DNA of 64,000 nt from Phoronis australis (lineage: Eukaryota; Animalia; Phoronida), in the NCBI GenBank assembly GCA_002633005.1, contig NMRA01000420.1, forward strand, positions 288,070 to 352,069, given 5' to 3'. How positions within the stretch are numbered: position 1 is the first letter of the stretch; every line of letters begins with the position of its first letter. The notes beneath the pieces are model-generated. The model was not told the origin of the DNA and did no database searches. It was given only the letters and a program-made list of their open reading frames with translations. Below, piece by piece: positions 39,001-48,800 of this stretch. The translations under genes were made by a program, and so were the position numbers.

Positions 39001-39642
39001 ACGTTTGTTTTAAACACCTCAGCCCATTCAGGCTAGATAAGATCTTATTGGAGATTAGAGCAATTATCGAACAAAAGAGAGGTGGCCCTCCAACCATAAA
39101 TGCAAGAATGGAGTTAATCAGTTGTGTAAGATATTGGCTACAGGGGTCATCTTCCCAAGTTGTTGTTGGGCTATAGAATCGAACAAGTTGTCTTTGCCAT
39201 TTGTGGTGTATATCAGTGCTATGCACTTTTCTCAATTTCAGTAACTGTTGTGTTGGCGCTGACTACTGGAACGTAATCCAATAAGCCGGGAACCATCTGT
39301 GCAACATTTTTTCACTTTAATATGTAATCGGTATCAGAGGAAGGTGTTGGGCTAAATGTTGATATTGCTATTTACTACTTTAGTTCCTGTTCTGCTCACT
39401 TGGTGTCCTCATATTGCATTAATTCCTGTTCTGCTCACTTGGTGTCCTCATATTGCATTAATTCCTGTTCTGCTCACTTGGTGTCCTCACATTACATGAT
39501 ATCATCTTGTTGACAGGGCTGGCTACCACAGGGCCTAATTGACCAGGCCTTGTCTGGAGTAATGAAAGACTTCTTGAAGGCACTTCAGTCAAGGTGTGCA
39601 CAAATAAAAGAAGAGCGCTATGGTGCAACACAGTACAGCTGA
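20943..39642 (+). CDS. STARD3: StAR-related lipid transfer protein 3 (MLN64): MENTAL + FFAT + START domains, about 496 aa, 12 coding exons
   Basis: Phase-consistent exons 20943-21031, 23925-24072, 26837-26908, 29345-29422, 30255-30308, 32092-32287, 33678-33779, 34176-34267, 35320-35478, (36525-36620 or 37745-37840), 38253-38531 and 39517-39642, totalling 1491 nt. MENTAL motifs: VRRTFCLVVLFDL and LAWVEVWLLDFKVLP. Phospho-FFAT: NFYSP. START motifs: RDFVNVRHW, IRGEN and LKGWLPQGLIDQAL. Confidence 0.95.
21137..21400. mobile_element. Second copy of the Tc1/mariner-type MITE
   Basis: Collinear with 27745-28004 (ggtggcaaaattctaattac, gtcatga, cattttgtctg, gtactg|ta). Confidence 0.65.
22027..23307 (+). 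mobile_element. Helentron/DINE-like non-autonomous element with internal repeats of about 430 bp
   Basis: 5' (CCGT/GTCC)n tract, internal direct repeats, 3' GCACC..GGTGC hairpin and GTTGCTCTTGT end. Related inverted pieces at about 1-1520. Confidence 0.5.
23925..24072 (+). CDS. STARD3: STARD3 exon (MENTAL TM1)
   Basis: MSAVRRTFCLVVLFDLVLTFILWLLYTE; NAGNAG acceptor. Confidence 0.93.
24215..24535. repeat. Dispersed repeat of about 330 bp
   Basis: Collinear diverged copy at about 35853-36195. Confidence 0.65.
26345..26572. repeat. Tandem duplication of about 117 bp
   Basis: Two near-identical units. Confidence 0.85.
26837..26908 (+). CDS. STARD3: STARD3 exon (LALRESFMEEVENYDFRASMFDIV)
   Basis: 72 nt, donor GTGAGT. 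Confidence 0.92.
26934..27780. repeat. 45-bp minisatellite, about 19 copies
   Basis: Unit TACAGTGCAATACAAAAGTAATCAGACAAAATGACATTGATGATA. Confidence 0.95.
27745..28004. mobile_element. Tc1/mariner-type MITE (TA|CAGT...ACTG|TA)
   Basis: TA flanks, imperfect TIR CAGTGCAAG..GACAAAATGAC; second diverged copy at 21137-21400. Confidence 0.7.
29345..29422 (+). CDS. STARD3: STARD3 exon (WMACGRFFILILSYALFRSQKPWFVA)
   Basis: 78 nt, phase 0 to 0. Confidence 0.92.
30255..30308 (+). CDS. STARD3: STARD3 exon (VSTLLTCTYVIVKLFLYS)
   Basis: 54 nt, phase 0 to 0. Confidence 0.92.
30406..30597. repeat. 14-bp minisatellite (GTTCCACCCGGCAC)
   Basis: Direct periodicity, degenerate 5' part. Confidence 0.85.
30771..30986. 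repeat. 31-bp minisatellite (AATTGGGATACCCTCCTCCCAAGTTCCAGAG), about 7 copies
   Basis: Direct periodicity. Confidence 0.9.
32092..32287 (+). CDS. STARD3: STARD3 exon (luminal loop + TM4)
   Basis: 196 nt, ...LVLAWVEVWLLDFKVLPLEQRAREG. Confidence 0.92.
33678..33779 (+). CDS. STARD3: STARD3 exon (SERTPLL dileucine-like motif, NFYSP phospho-FFAT)
   Basis: 102 nt, phase 1 to 1. Confidence 0.92.
34176..34267 (+). CDS. STARD3: STARD3 exon (GSDDESETFKSAR...)
   Basis: 92 nt, phase 1 to 0. Confidence 0.9.
35320..35478 (+). CDS. STARD3: STARD3 exon (start of START domain)
   Basis: 159 nt, ELSYIKASS...GWK...GKVFRLV. Confidence 0.92.
36525..36620 (+). CDS. STARD3: STARD3 START exon, copy A (GFLDIPPKDVFEEIAYNFENQLSWNSTVLAAE)
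   Basis: 96 nt, intact splice sites; duplicate of 37745-37840. Confidence 0.75.
36676..37155. repeat. 37-bp (about 3.5 copies, 36676-36800) and about 77-bp (3 copies, 36945-37155) tandem repeats
   Basis: Direct periodicity right after the N at 36675. Confidence 0.85.
37745..37840 (+). CDS. STARD3: STARD3 START exon, copy B (GFIDIPPKDVFEEIAYNFENQLSWNSTVLAAE)
   Basis: 96 nt, intact splice sites; differs from copy A at 2 nt. Confidence 0.75.
37949..38051. repeat. Palindromic MITE-like repeat of about 103 bp
   Basis: Long self-complementary arms; diverged copy at about 5348-5450. Confidence 0.6.
38253..38531 (+). CDS. STARD3: STARD3 START exon (IIQRID...RDFVNVRHW...WLMNVNLK)
   Basis: 279 nt, phase 0 to 0. 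Confidence 0.94.
38704..39190. repeat. Dispersed repeat of about 490 bp, class unknown
   Basis: Closely collinear with 56120-56627; partial inverted copy at about 43325-43456. Confidence 0.75.
39384..39489. repeat. 39-bp tandem repeat, about 3 copies
   Basis: Period 39; ends about 27 nt before the last STARD3 acceptor. Confidence 0.85.
39517..39642 (+). CDS. STARD3: STARD3 last coding exon (GWLPQGLIDQAL...QYS*)
   Basis: 126 nt, TGA at 39640-39642. Confidence 0.93.
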   Translation, partial: GWLPQGLIDQALSGVMKDFLKALQSRCAQIKEERYGATQYS

Positions 39643-41797
39643 GGCTCACCACGGGAGAAATACAAGTACTGCGTTAGTGAGGAGATGCCCAGCTGGAGCC
39701 TGACAGACCTCAGATGAAGTGATAGTCAAGCAGGTCAAGCACAGGACTGTTCATATGTTGTGTGTCTGAAGATAGTGGTCAGTGGAGGCCACTAAAATCA
39801 TGCCATACTCCCAACGGATATTAGATGTAATTTTTGTACAAATATGTTAATCTGCAGTTGATTCAAAATAAACTGCCAAATATAGGCTTTTTGAACAAAA
39901 AAAATTTGCTCCACCCTAAAGAAACATTGTCTCCACAAATTTTAATTCTGAACTTTTTATGAAAAATTGCATTCTAGTTTAATTTTGGGCCTAAAATTGA
40001 TTCTGATGCAGCATTTTTGTGGGCATGTCTTCCAATACTGATATTCTTGTGAAACAAAATTGCCCTTGATTGCATAATTGCACTCTGATGAAGGTTAAGG
40101 TGATCTCCTGTCTCAGTGTTGTTGATGTGAGCTCATTCTGCTAGTAGAAAGTTGTAACCTTTAATGGTGTGCCATGTACTGTAGTGCCATCTTCAGGCAC
40201 CTAGTGGAGTTCTCTTTCATCTTGGGTAGGTAGGTGATGCATGACATGTGACATCACTGATATTTTAAATCCCCACCTGTCACTAGTATGAGTTAGCGAC
40301 ATGTCCTTGCCAACCGCCAGGCTGAATACCTACCTGTCACAATTCTGAGTTGGTGACATGCGGCTACCTACTACTTTTATGAGCGCTGAGTCATCTGTAA
40401 TTACTTTATCACTGCAGAGTCGTGTATAAAGAAATTTCTGTCTCTGTGCCAAGTACAGAGCTTAATTATAGCCTAGAAATCAATACATGCATATGAGAGG
40501 GAGATTCAAAAATGTTGCCCACATGTTTGCTTCTTGAAAATTTTATTTTTAAGGAAATGACTGCCAGTTTTTACAAATTGAAACAGCTATAAGTGGATTT
40601 AGAGTTCTACGAAATTACAAAAAAAAACAACATAGGTCTGTTTTATTGCCTGTTCAAAATTTGCTTTAAGTGCCCACCCTTTTGCTATTTTGGGGTAACT
40701 GCATGTAGTCCATTGTGGCTTAGAATTTTGCATATGATTGTAAATCATGGATGTTGCTTACGGACAATCCTTTCGACCTATTCTTTTGTGTTACAGAAAC
40801 CTTTGCACTGTTCAAAATGCAGTTTGGACAGTCAGGCCAAAGCATCGCATTATTGTCCATTGTTTTTCAGTTTTATTGTCACTTTTTGGCCTTTGTTGGT
40901 TTGAATATATGTGTGGTCATTCAGAATTCTGAGTGTTATATTGCGATAATTGGCAAGTTTTGGGGAGCTTGAGGGTGAAAAATGGGCTTTAGAACATGTC
41001 TGGAGTATAGTGTTAACATACCTTGCTACTCCAAGGTTAGGCTAGGCGAGGTTCCTACTCCCAGCCAAGCAGCAAGTAAGCTGGAGTCAAATGAGTGTGT
41101 ACATATTGGTTAGAAAGTACTGTGCCTGTAATTATTGCCACCAAATTAGGTTTACTGCATTGGAAACACAAAAAGATATGGCGATGCACTGTCTGAAGGT
41201 GATGGGGTGAGTGGGGTGTAATTTGTTAGGGCAAGTTATAAGTCACCAGGGGTTCATAGTGGTTCCAGAAAGTTGGAGTCACCGGGCATACAGTTTATGT
41301 TGCACTTGATTGGTTCATACAGAGATTTATGAGGAGAATGTCACCCAAAAAATAGGGATAGAACACTCTCGGATTTGTGATGTTACTTGTCGAAAGATCC
41401 TGTTTATAGAAATATTCCAAACAGCATTGAGGAGCTGAAGAGAGAAATCACTGTGAAAACCAGCAACATATGCCTCAACATTTTTCTTCGAATTCATTTT
41501 ACTTGTCACCAGTAGGAGTGTTGTAAACATTATGTTACACACCTAGATCTAGTTTCTAGCAGGAAATAAAACGATAACGAATGAAGATTACTTTTGCATT
41601 TTGATAGAAATGTGATCCACTGGAGTAGATTTGATTTCTCAAGTTTAGCTGTGATCTCTTAATTTTTATTCTAGAAGCAAAAATGTGGGCCGATGATATT
41701 TAAGTCACCCTATACCTTGCAAGCTTAGTGATTTACAATCTACATTATTGCTTTGTGCGTCATTCACGTTGTGTTGTCTCATTTTTACAAGATCAGA

Positions 41798-41803
41798 AAT
41801 AAA
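41798..41803 (+). terminator. Candidate STARD3 polyadenylation signal
   Basis: AATAAA followed by T/GT-rich sequence, at the point where CpG-depleted sequence ends. Confidence 0.4.
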
Positions 41804-43226
41804 TATTTTTGTAGATACCATTTTGTCACTAATATGTTGCTCATTTTTAAAAACAAGCTGAAATATTCGGAAATTCGTTTGACTAAGTTAACGTGTGGAC
41901 GTCATCAGGGACCTCCTGTCACCTCCCGTGCCAAGACGATGACGTCACTGAGCCCGCATGTAGCAATGGGGGTGTTGGTTTCGGTTTCATTATCTCATGA
42001 AATTACACTGTGCATGCGCGCACCCAGGGGGGGNGATGTTACAAAGGCTATTTCAACTTCAGCATCCAGAAGTGGGGGTGGGTGTGGGTGTGGGTGTGGG
42101 GGTGAGGTACAATGGGTAATTGTACTTACAAAGTATCATGAACTAACACAAGATGAATCATAGGATCAGTACAAAAGTGAGAATGGAATTTTACTGTAAC
42201 TTGTTTTCAAGTGTGATGGCGAATTTGCTGGGCTGGGAACCCGAGTCCCTGGTGCTGGCTGACCAGGATTGATATACGAAAAACAGCTCCGATCTTTTGG
42301 CTGTTTTGCAGACCATTCGAGAATAACATTGACTATACGTGTATGATTTGCGACATAAATCGGACAGAGCTGTCGAAATGTCCCAAGTACCACACATTCG
42401 AACTAAAGAATTTTTAGAAAATTGTACGTTTGTCGGAGTGGTCGGAAGGACATCACACGCACTGCATCAAGTGACCGATGATGGGTTTTGATCTATAGAA
42501 AATGTTTAAACCGGCTAGCCGTTCCCAACAGAGGACTCCTAAACAGTTTTACCAGCGATTTTCCATTCTGTGGATGCTTCTAGGGAGCCATTGAGAGCGA
42601 ACACTGAACCCCGCCACGTTTGTGTTTTGTGTGTCATGGTTACTACGCTAAAATGCAGACTTGCTTTAAAACAGAAAAAAAATGGTGGAAATAGCGTTTG
42701 ATCATGAACCAGGACATCCAAACTCGCCAGAAATTCGTGTTTACCTTTGATCATTTGCCCGAACAATTTGCCCCGACCCTTTAAAAAAATAAACCATTTT
42801 AACTTTTATTATCTAGTCAAATGGGTTTGGTATGAGAATTAACTTCGTAATAAACTTTAATCGATCAAATTCAGCATCAACAAATGTACGTAGCTGAGAA
42901 CACCCATGATTTACCTAGCAAACTTTCAGGTGTTACCAAAACTGGGACAAGCGGATGAAAGAAAATACGATTCACCTGCTACAGTTCACCTCCTGCTGTT
43001 ACTACCGAGATTATTACTACAGGCCCGTAAGCGTTGTGTGTAACACTCCAGTTGACCACCAAAACAACTGCGTCAGTGTCGTCAGGGAGTCGAGGGGCAG
43101 TTAAAGTGTTAGTTTATTCGCAGTTAGCGCAGTTCTGCTGTAGAATTGCAACAACACCAGTGGCTCCACAGTTGGTGGGGTTATTGAAGGCCACTAACTT
43201 TTCTTCTGACGTAAGATCGTTTTCCG

Positions 43227-43281
43227 ATGGACAACCACCGACTGGTCGTGTTGATGTTGGCGTTGACATGTGGAGCGCAAG
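43227..43281 (+). CDS. Putative signal-peptide first exon (MDNHRLVVLMLALTCGAQ)
   Basis: ATG, basic residue, hydrophobic core and small-residue end; ends in phase 1 at CAAG|GTAAGA. Confidence 0.5.
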
Positions 43282-44952
43282 GTAAGATTTGGCTATTGAA
43301 GCCAGTGGGCTTGCGGCTTAGGCAAGAATTGGTCTGCTTGTTGTCATACGGGACAAAAGACTGTGCTGGGCAGTTAACAAAGGAGCCAGATGTTATCGCA
43401 CGTTCAGAACCCCTCACGTCTGGAAAAGTTGCTGAACGATCAGAGCGCCGTCATGTTAAAGGAAACTGCCTAGATTTTTATCGACCAAGTACTCAATCCA
43501 TTTTTGGGACTAGCGTTGCCCAGAGGGGTCACTTCATTAATTTAAGGTATTTGACGTTTACCTACTTCATCGCCCTTCTTCTGTTCATCACGCCGTTCCA
43601 CGAAACTTGTTGAATACAGGAAAACTTAAGGCGTTTTAAAATTATTTTTAAATGACGAATCACATAGTCTACTTTACAACAGATCTAAATGGGGGCACGG
43701 ACTTACTTGCATTGTTAACGAACTCCCATGACAAACTCAACACTTGATCTGTGTCAATAATGAAGGTAGGCCTACGTACGTGTTTAGGGGTACGTCTATG
43801 CAGTAATGTTGATGCGTGACTTACACTCCGTCAAAAACCACCTCGGCGCCTATAGCCCGCCGGCTGCCTGCAAGCGTTGCCAGCAAAACACGGCCAGATT
43901 CGTTACTCGCATAAAAATCAGTTGGCCTTCAAACAAAAAAAAACACCCACAGTTTAATAGTGTTTTTCTTAAAACCGAACCTACGTGACCTCACAAGTAG
44001 GCCAACTGGCGAACTTTGGTTTAGCTGAATTACCTTCTGCAAGTGGGTTCACTGAAGATATGTTGGGCCGAAGTCCTCTCCCCATAGGTATACACCCACT
44101 GAGGATAAGCTGAAGGGTATTTGGTCATGTTTCCCGTAGTGAGCTGATTGTGAAGTCTTCTCAGAGGACCTTTCCGGTGGCTGGAAGCTGGGTCCAAAAA
44201 CACGTTCTAGAATGGGCAGTGCTCCCGGAAGATGAGCCACTTGGATGGGAGCAGACCAGAGCGGATTCGAGTCAGCACAGCCATGGAGCCAGGGGCGAAG
44301 ATGGTGGTCGTCGCTCCAGGGCTGATTTGGTATTCTTCCGGCGCAGATGCAAAGGGCATAATGATGTGTTGTGTATGTAAAAATAAATAAGAATATAACA
44401 GAGGACTGTTGATGTCATTTTCAAATATTCTTCAAGTGCGCGACTTCGACTGAAAATTACTTTGACAGCATCGTTATGAGTTGCATAAAAATCCGTTAAG
44501 AGCGGCCTTTAAACGAAAAAATCAACCAACAACTGGTATTTATCTGACAGTGACAAGTTCAATGTGTTATCCCAATCAAGGAGACCAATCTCGTTTGGTT
44601 ATTCTTCCGCAGATGCGCTAAAAATAAAAATATCCGGACATGTAGGAAGAACATACCAGGATAGCCTTTTTAATTGTCATGTTCGTGGTTTTGACAAATA
44701 CCCGACTATGACTGAAAATTATTTAGTTTGTTATGACGTAATGTATGCATGGGCAATTAGTCCATGTGAACCTACACGTCTTAGTGTTGAACCTTGTTTC
44801 AACTTGTTTGTGGGTAACGTATGATAATTGCAGAGACCCCGGCGTTAATCCCATGACCTGTCAAAATTAGTCATTCTCGTTAGCGTGTGTTGACACCGGT
44901 TTGAGAGGTAGTGGATCAGTTGCTCCAGTTTCAATTTCACGTCTAAACACAA

Positions 44953-45298
44953 TCTACACTCTTTCACACTGCTAAGAAAGGTAGCACTGTGGAATGTTGT
45001 TTAACATGGCTTCGTATTGGTTTTAGTAATGAAACTGACGTCATAACATCCACAGTCATTCCCAATGGTTGAAATCTGGGAAACCCCTTCCAGTTAAGTG
45101 TTTCGTATTATGGCGACCACCTTTGACTTGGATACTTGCAATTCATCAAAACAGGCAGCGATCGAAGTGAACAAAATCAAGGCAACCCCGATCCAGTGGC
45201 TTAAGCCTAAACAAGTATGGCGTGTGCAAGTGCTGGCGATGTAATCGCGCATTGATGTCCACATACGGAATTCCATAGGGCCACTTTTCGTCAGAGGA
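44953..45298. mobile_element. Uninterrupted copy of the same 9-bp-TSD element
   Basis: TSD TAAACACAA at 44944-52 and 45299-307; carries a single AT at the empty insertion site. Confidence 0.65.
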
Positions 45299-45518
45299 TA
45301 AACACAACCGGGGGGGAGGGGGGGGGGGGGGGGCGGAAAAGGATCCTCTTTCAATGCGCTTGGGAAATAGCATATATTTGAGTGATCATCTGGCATTAGG
45401 TAAGCATGAGCAGACAGTCTTCGTGTAAGTGACTAATAGTTATTCCCCTTCCGATCTAATGTGTAAATACGACTGAAGTGGAGAAAGACGCGCCGTGACA
45501 ACTGACACTGTAACAACT

Positions 45519-45826
45519 CAGGGGCGAATCCAGGATTTTGATTTGGGGGGAAGGGCCTAGGAATAATCAGAATTTCGGCAGATGCGCGCGCCCAGCCTAA
45601 AATGTAGGGATGCAGGGGTCTCGAATTTTTGGGTTTATGGACCTTTTGACTAAAAAAAGATAAACGGGGTTTGTTGTTCAGGGTCTAAGCATTTTTATTC
45701 ACCTCCCGAGCCGTCCTGGTTGCGCGCATGTGCTAGTCAGCGATTTGCACCCGAAATGCCAAATGGTATCTGGTAGAAATTTTGGGGGACCGTGGCCCCC
45801 TTGCCCCCCCCCTAAATCCGCCACTG
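45519..45826. mobile_element. MITE with CAG termini and 5-bp TSD
   Basis: CAGGGGCGAATCC...AATCCGCCACTG with TSD CAACT. Related sequence at about 63760-63900; a sister family starts at 63901 and matches 48537-48574 inverted. Confidence 0.65.
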
Positions 45827-48800
45827 CAACTGCCTGTCGAGTATAAAAGCAGCTTTAGCAACCAAAACCTTATATCGACAAGCAAGTAAAACTTTATTTA
45901 TGATCAACAAATTACAATTTAAATGCTACCGTCAACTAGCGTACCGCAGATGCATCTAGTTTTCAACAATCCTCGATTAGCCGCATCGCGCGTTAGCTGG
46001 TAAACTTTTTGACGCTGTTGTTGAGATGTAGGTGCATCTAACTTCGTCGACGTTAGTTGAGACTTAGATAGAACTGCGCTGTGTGACGGTTGTTGAAGAG
46101 TAGACGCTGCTACTCTTGTCGTGAAGGGTTGAGATGCATCTTGGTTGTTGAGGATTGCTGATAAGTAAACGCAGCTAAACTGGCCGAGAGCTGTTGAGGA
46201 GTAGACGCAAATGCGCTCATCGGTAGTTTTTGAGAAGTATATCTTGCACCAGATTTTTGGCAAGACAATTCTCCCTATCATTAGTTATTGTTCAGAAATC
46301 TAGAGATTCTGTGAATTTATGTCCATTGAACAATTGCGGCCGTGTTCTAGGTGTCGGTAGTAAGACTTATAATTAGCACGGTACTTGGGTGAATGTGACG
46401 GGTTTGTTTTATTTGTTAATTATGTCCATTGGTGTTAAATATTGGCTCGAGTTAATGACGTCAAGTTTGTACAAGCTATGTACGATATGTTATTTTCTTT
46501 AGAGGAAACAGGGAGACAAAACTAGACATCATGGGTGAAAATGTTAATGCTTTGGCAAGTTGTGTGGCTTCAGAACGTGTGGGCTGTGAAGAAACTATCA
46601 CTGAAATATGATATAGAGAGTAGAACAATGTACAGGTCAACTCTCGATACCTCTTGTTTTATGAAGCCTGATTTCTGCGTAGAAATGTGTTTGTCACTGC
46701 CATTATCGCGTATTTTTATTAGCTCAATGGCGAGACTGAGGTGTCCCAACCAAAAACGTAGAATTGAACATGGTTACGTGTACAGATTGATAGACAGTTT
46801 CACCTATGTCCCTTCCGTGTTGACAGTCGTTTGTTTGAGGATGAATGCCGTTTCGTGCGTGTGTAGTTTGTATTCTGATATACGAACGATATTTCGCCGG
46901 CTGGACTTGGTCTTATCCCACGAAACATTAATTTTCGCCGGGAATTGTTGAATTGTTGTGAGCTGCCAGTGTTAAAAATGTACTCGGGCAATGTTCATTA
47001 CGCTATGAGGAAAGGGTTACTGGAAATTGATCCCTATCATTAACTACATGTATACACTGTAATACTGTTTGTTATTTCTGTCCAGTTATTGAGTCTCTTT
47101 TATCCTCTCTCATGAAAGTTTTTTTAACCTGGGCCCGAGGATATGTTAATAAGTTATATTTTAAATCCGTTGTACAAAAATGTGGTACATTTAAGAGACG
47201 TCGGACTGTCAAGGTGAAACTTGATCAGTAATTTAAACCTTTCTAGTCTTTCCAAAATGTGTGTTCGCTTGTTTTTTTACACTTCACTTGGCAAATACGG
47301 TGTTTCAAACCTATCATGCTTTCATTTACGTGCCTTGTGCTGCTATTCAAAACAGCACGAAACTATTGCTGACAATACGTATGTTTTTAGTCGGTGAGCG
47401 AATCTTCCAAAACGATTCGGGTAAAACAAGAATTAACCATGGTTTTTAGTCTAACGGCTTTATGAATGTCATAGTTTTGCTATGAACGAACCTTTTATTT
47501 ACAAAGGACCAATTTTCAAGTCAGTTGTATTCAACATACTCTAATTAGTACAATAAATGAGAGAACTTAAACATCGTCAAATTTTCAAAAACAACACCGC
47601 CAAGAATAACAAGGATTCTAATGCCGTGAAAGGGCGTGATGTTAAAAATGGCTGCAAATGTTATTGATTAAGTGCGCATGCCTGACAATGTTGACATGCG
47701 CGGAGCTGTTGTTCTGGCACTCAGTAAATCCGATTATTTCGCTGGGTGAGTGTGAATAGCGAGGCAGTCATAGTACAATAGAGTTTAAAGTTGAGCTTGA
47801 AGTTTTCACTCCATATGCATAGGCAGATTTAGGGGGGNTGACTAAGAATAGGCTCTCCCGCGATATCTCATGCGACCGACAGAGGCTCTGGCTGGGCACT
47901 ACGACTCCGTTTCCGTCGTCTGCTCCACTGTGCAATGAAAAAAATTACTTCATTTTTTAAAGAATCTGAGTGATGGTGAAAAACAGAAGCTGCTGGTAGG
48001 ATGTCAATTTTAATCGAAGCCTTAGTAAATCACTCAGAAACTCATAATTCTCTCTTTGTCAAACCTTAACTTAAGACGATTTCCAAAGCAATCGCGTCAT
48101 TATTGCCTACACAAAAAACGGATTTGGTCTTTTGGACAATTGAAGACTATTTTAAATACAACAAATTTGTTACAAACTGTTTGCACAAAATATAAAACAT
48201 GTAATAAGCATTACAAAAAGAAGGTTTCGCGCGCAAACGCTTTGGACCATAAACAAGTAGGTCTCTTAATGTCAAATTTGAAGTTAAAACGTGGTGGTAC
48301 AGTGGTAAAGCACGCGCGCTTTATCCGCTAGGTCGAGAGTTCGAGTCTATGGTACATGCAGTTTTTCCTGGTTGACACCTTTTTCGTTTTTTTTTTTCTT
48401 GGAGAATACTTCGGGAATCAAGGAAAATGCTTGATTTTTAGAGGAAAAAAACAGAAAAATTTCCTGGGCGGGAGGGGGGCAAAGCCTGACCTCCCCCCAT
48501 TCGCATCTACAATCGTGCTTTGAGCAAATGTTTACAGACAAAATGTTGGGCTCCCCCCTTGTGATATCCTAGATCTCTTACAGTTACCAACAAGAACATC
48601 GAAATCATCCAGCGACTCAAGAAAACGTTTCAGAGTTTAGTGGATTGGCCACCACAAAATTTCGATTATGTATTGCATGTGATTTGAGTCGGCGGCTCAT
48701 TCGAAAACAATTTAAGATCGGATGAGCGCGATAATGTTTTTAAACCCCTTTATTTCCATTAAATATTCAACATTGACAGCTTAACAGCGGCGTATGTCGA

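Noticed and set aside
45919-46945. 120-aa minus-strand ORF followed by AATAAA, and a faintly Ig-like frame at about 46805-46945
   Set aside because: No recognisable domain, a stop where the Ig Tyr would be, and no consistent exon chain.
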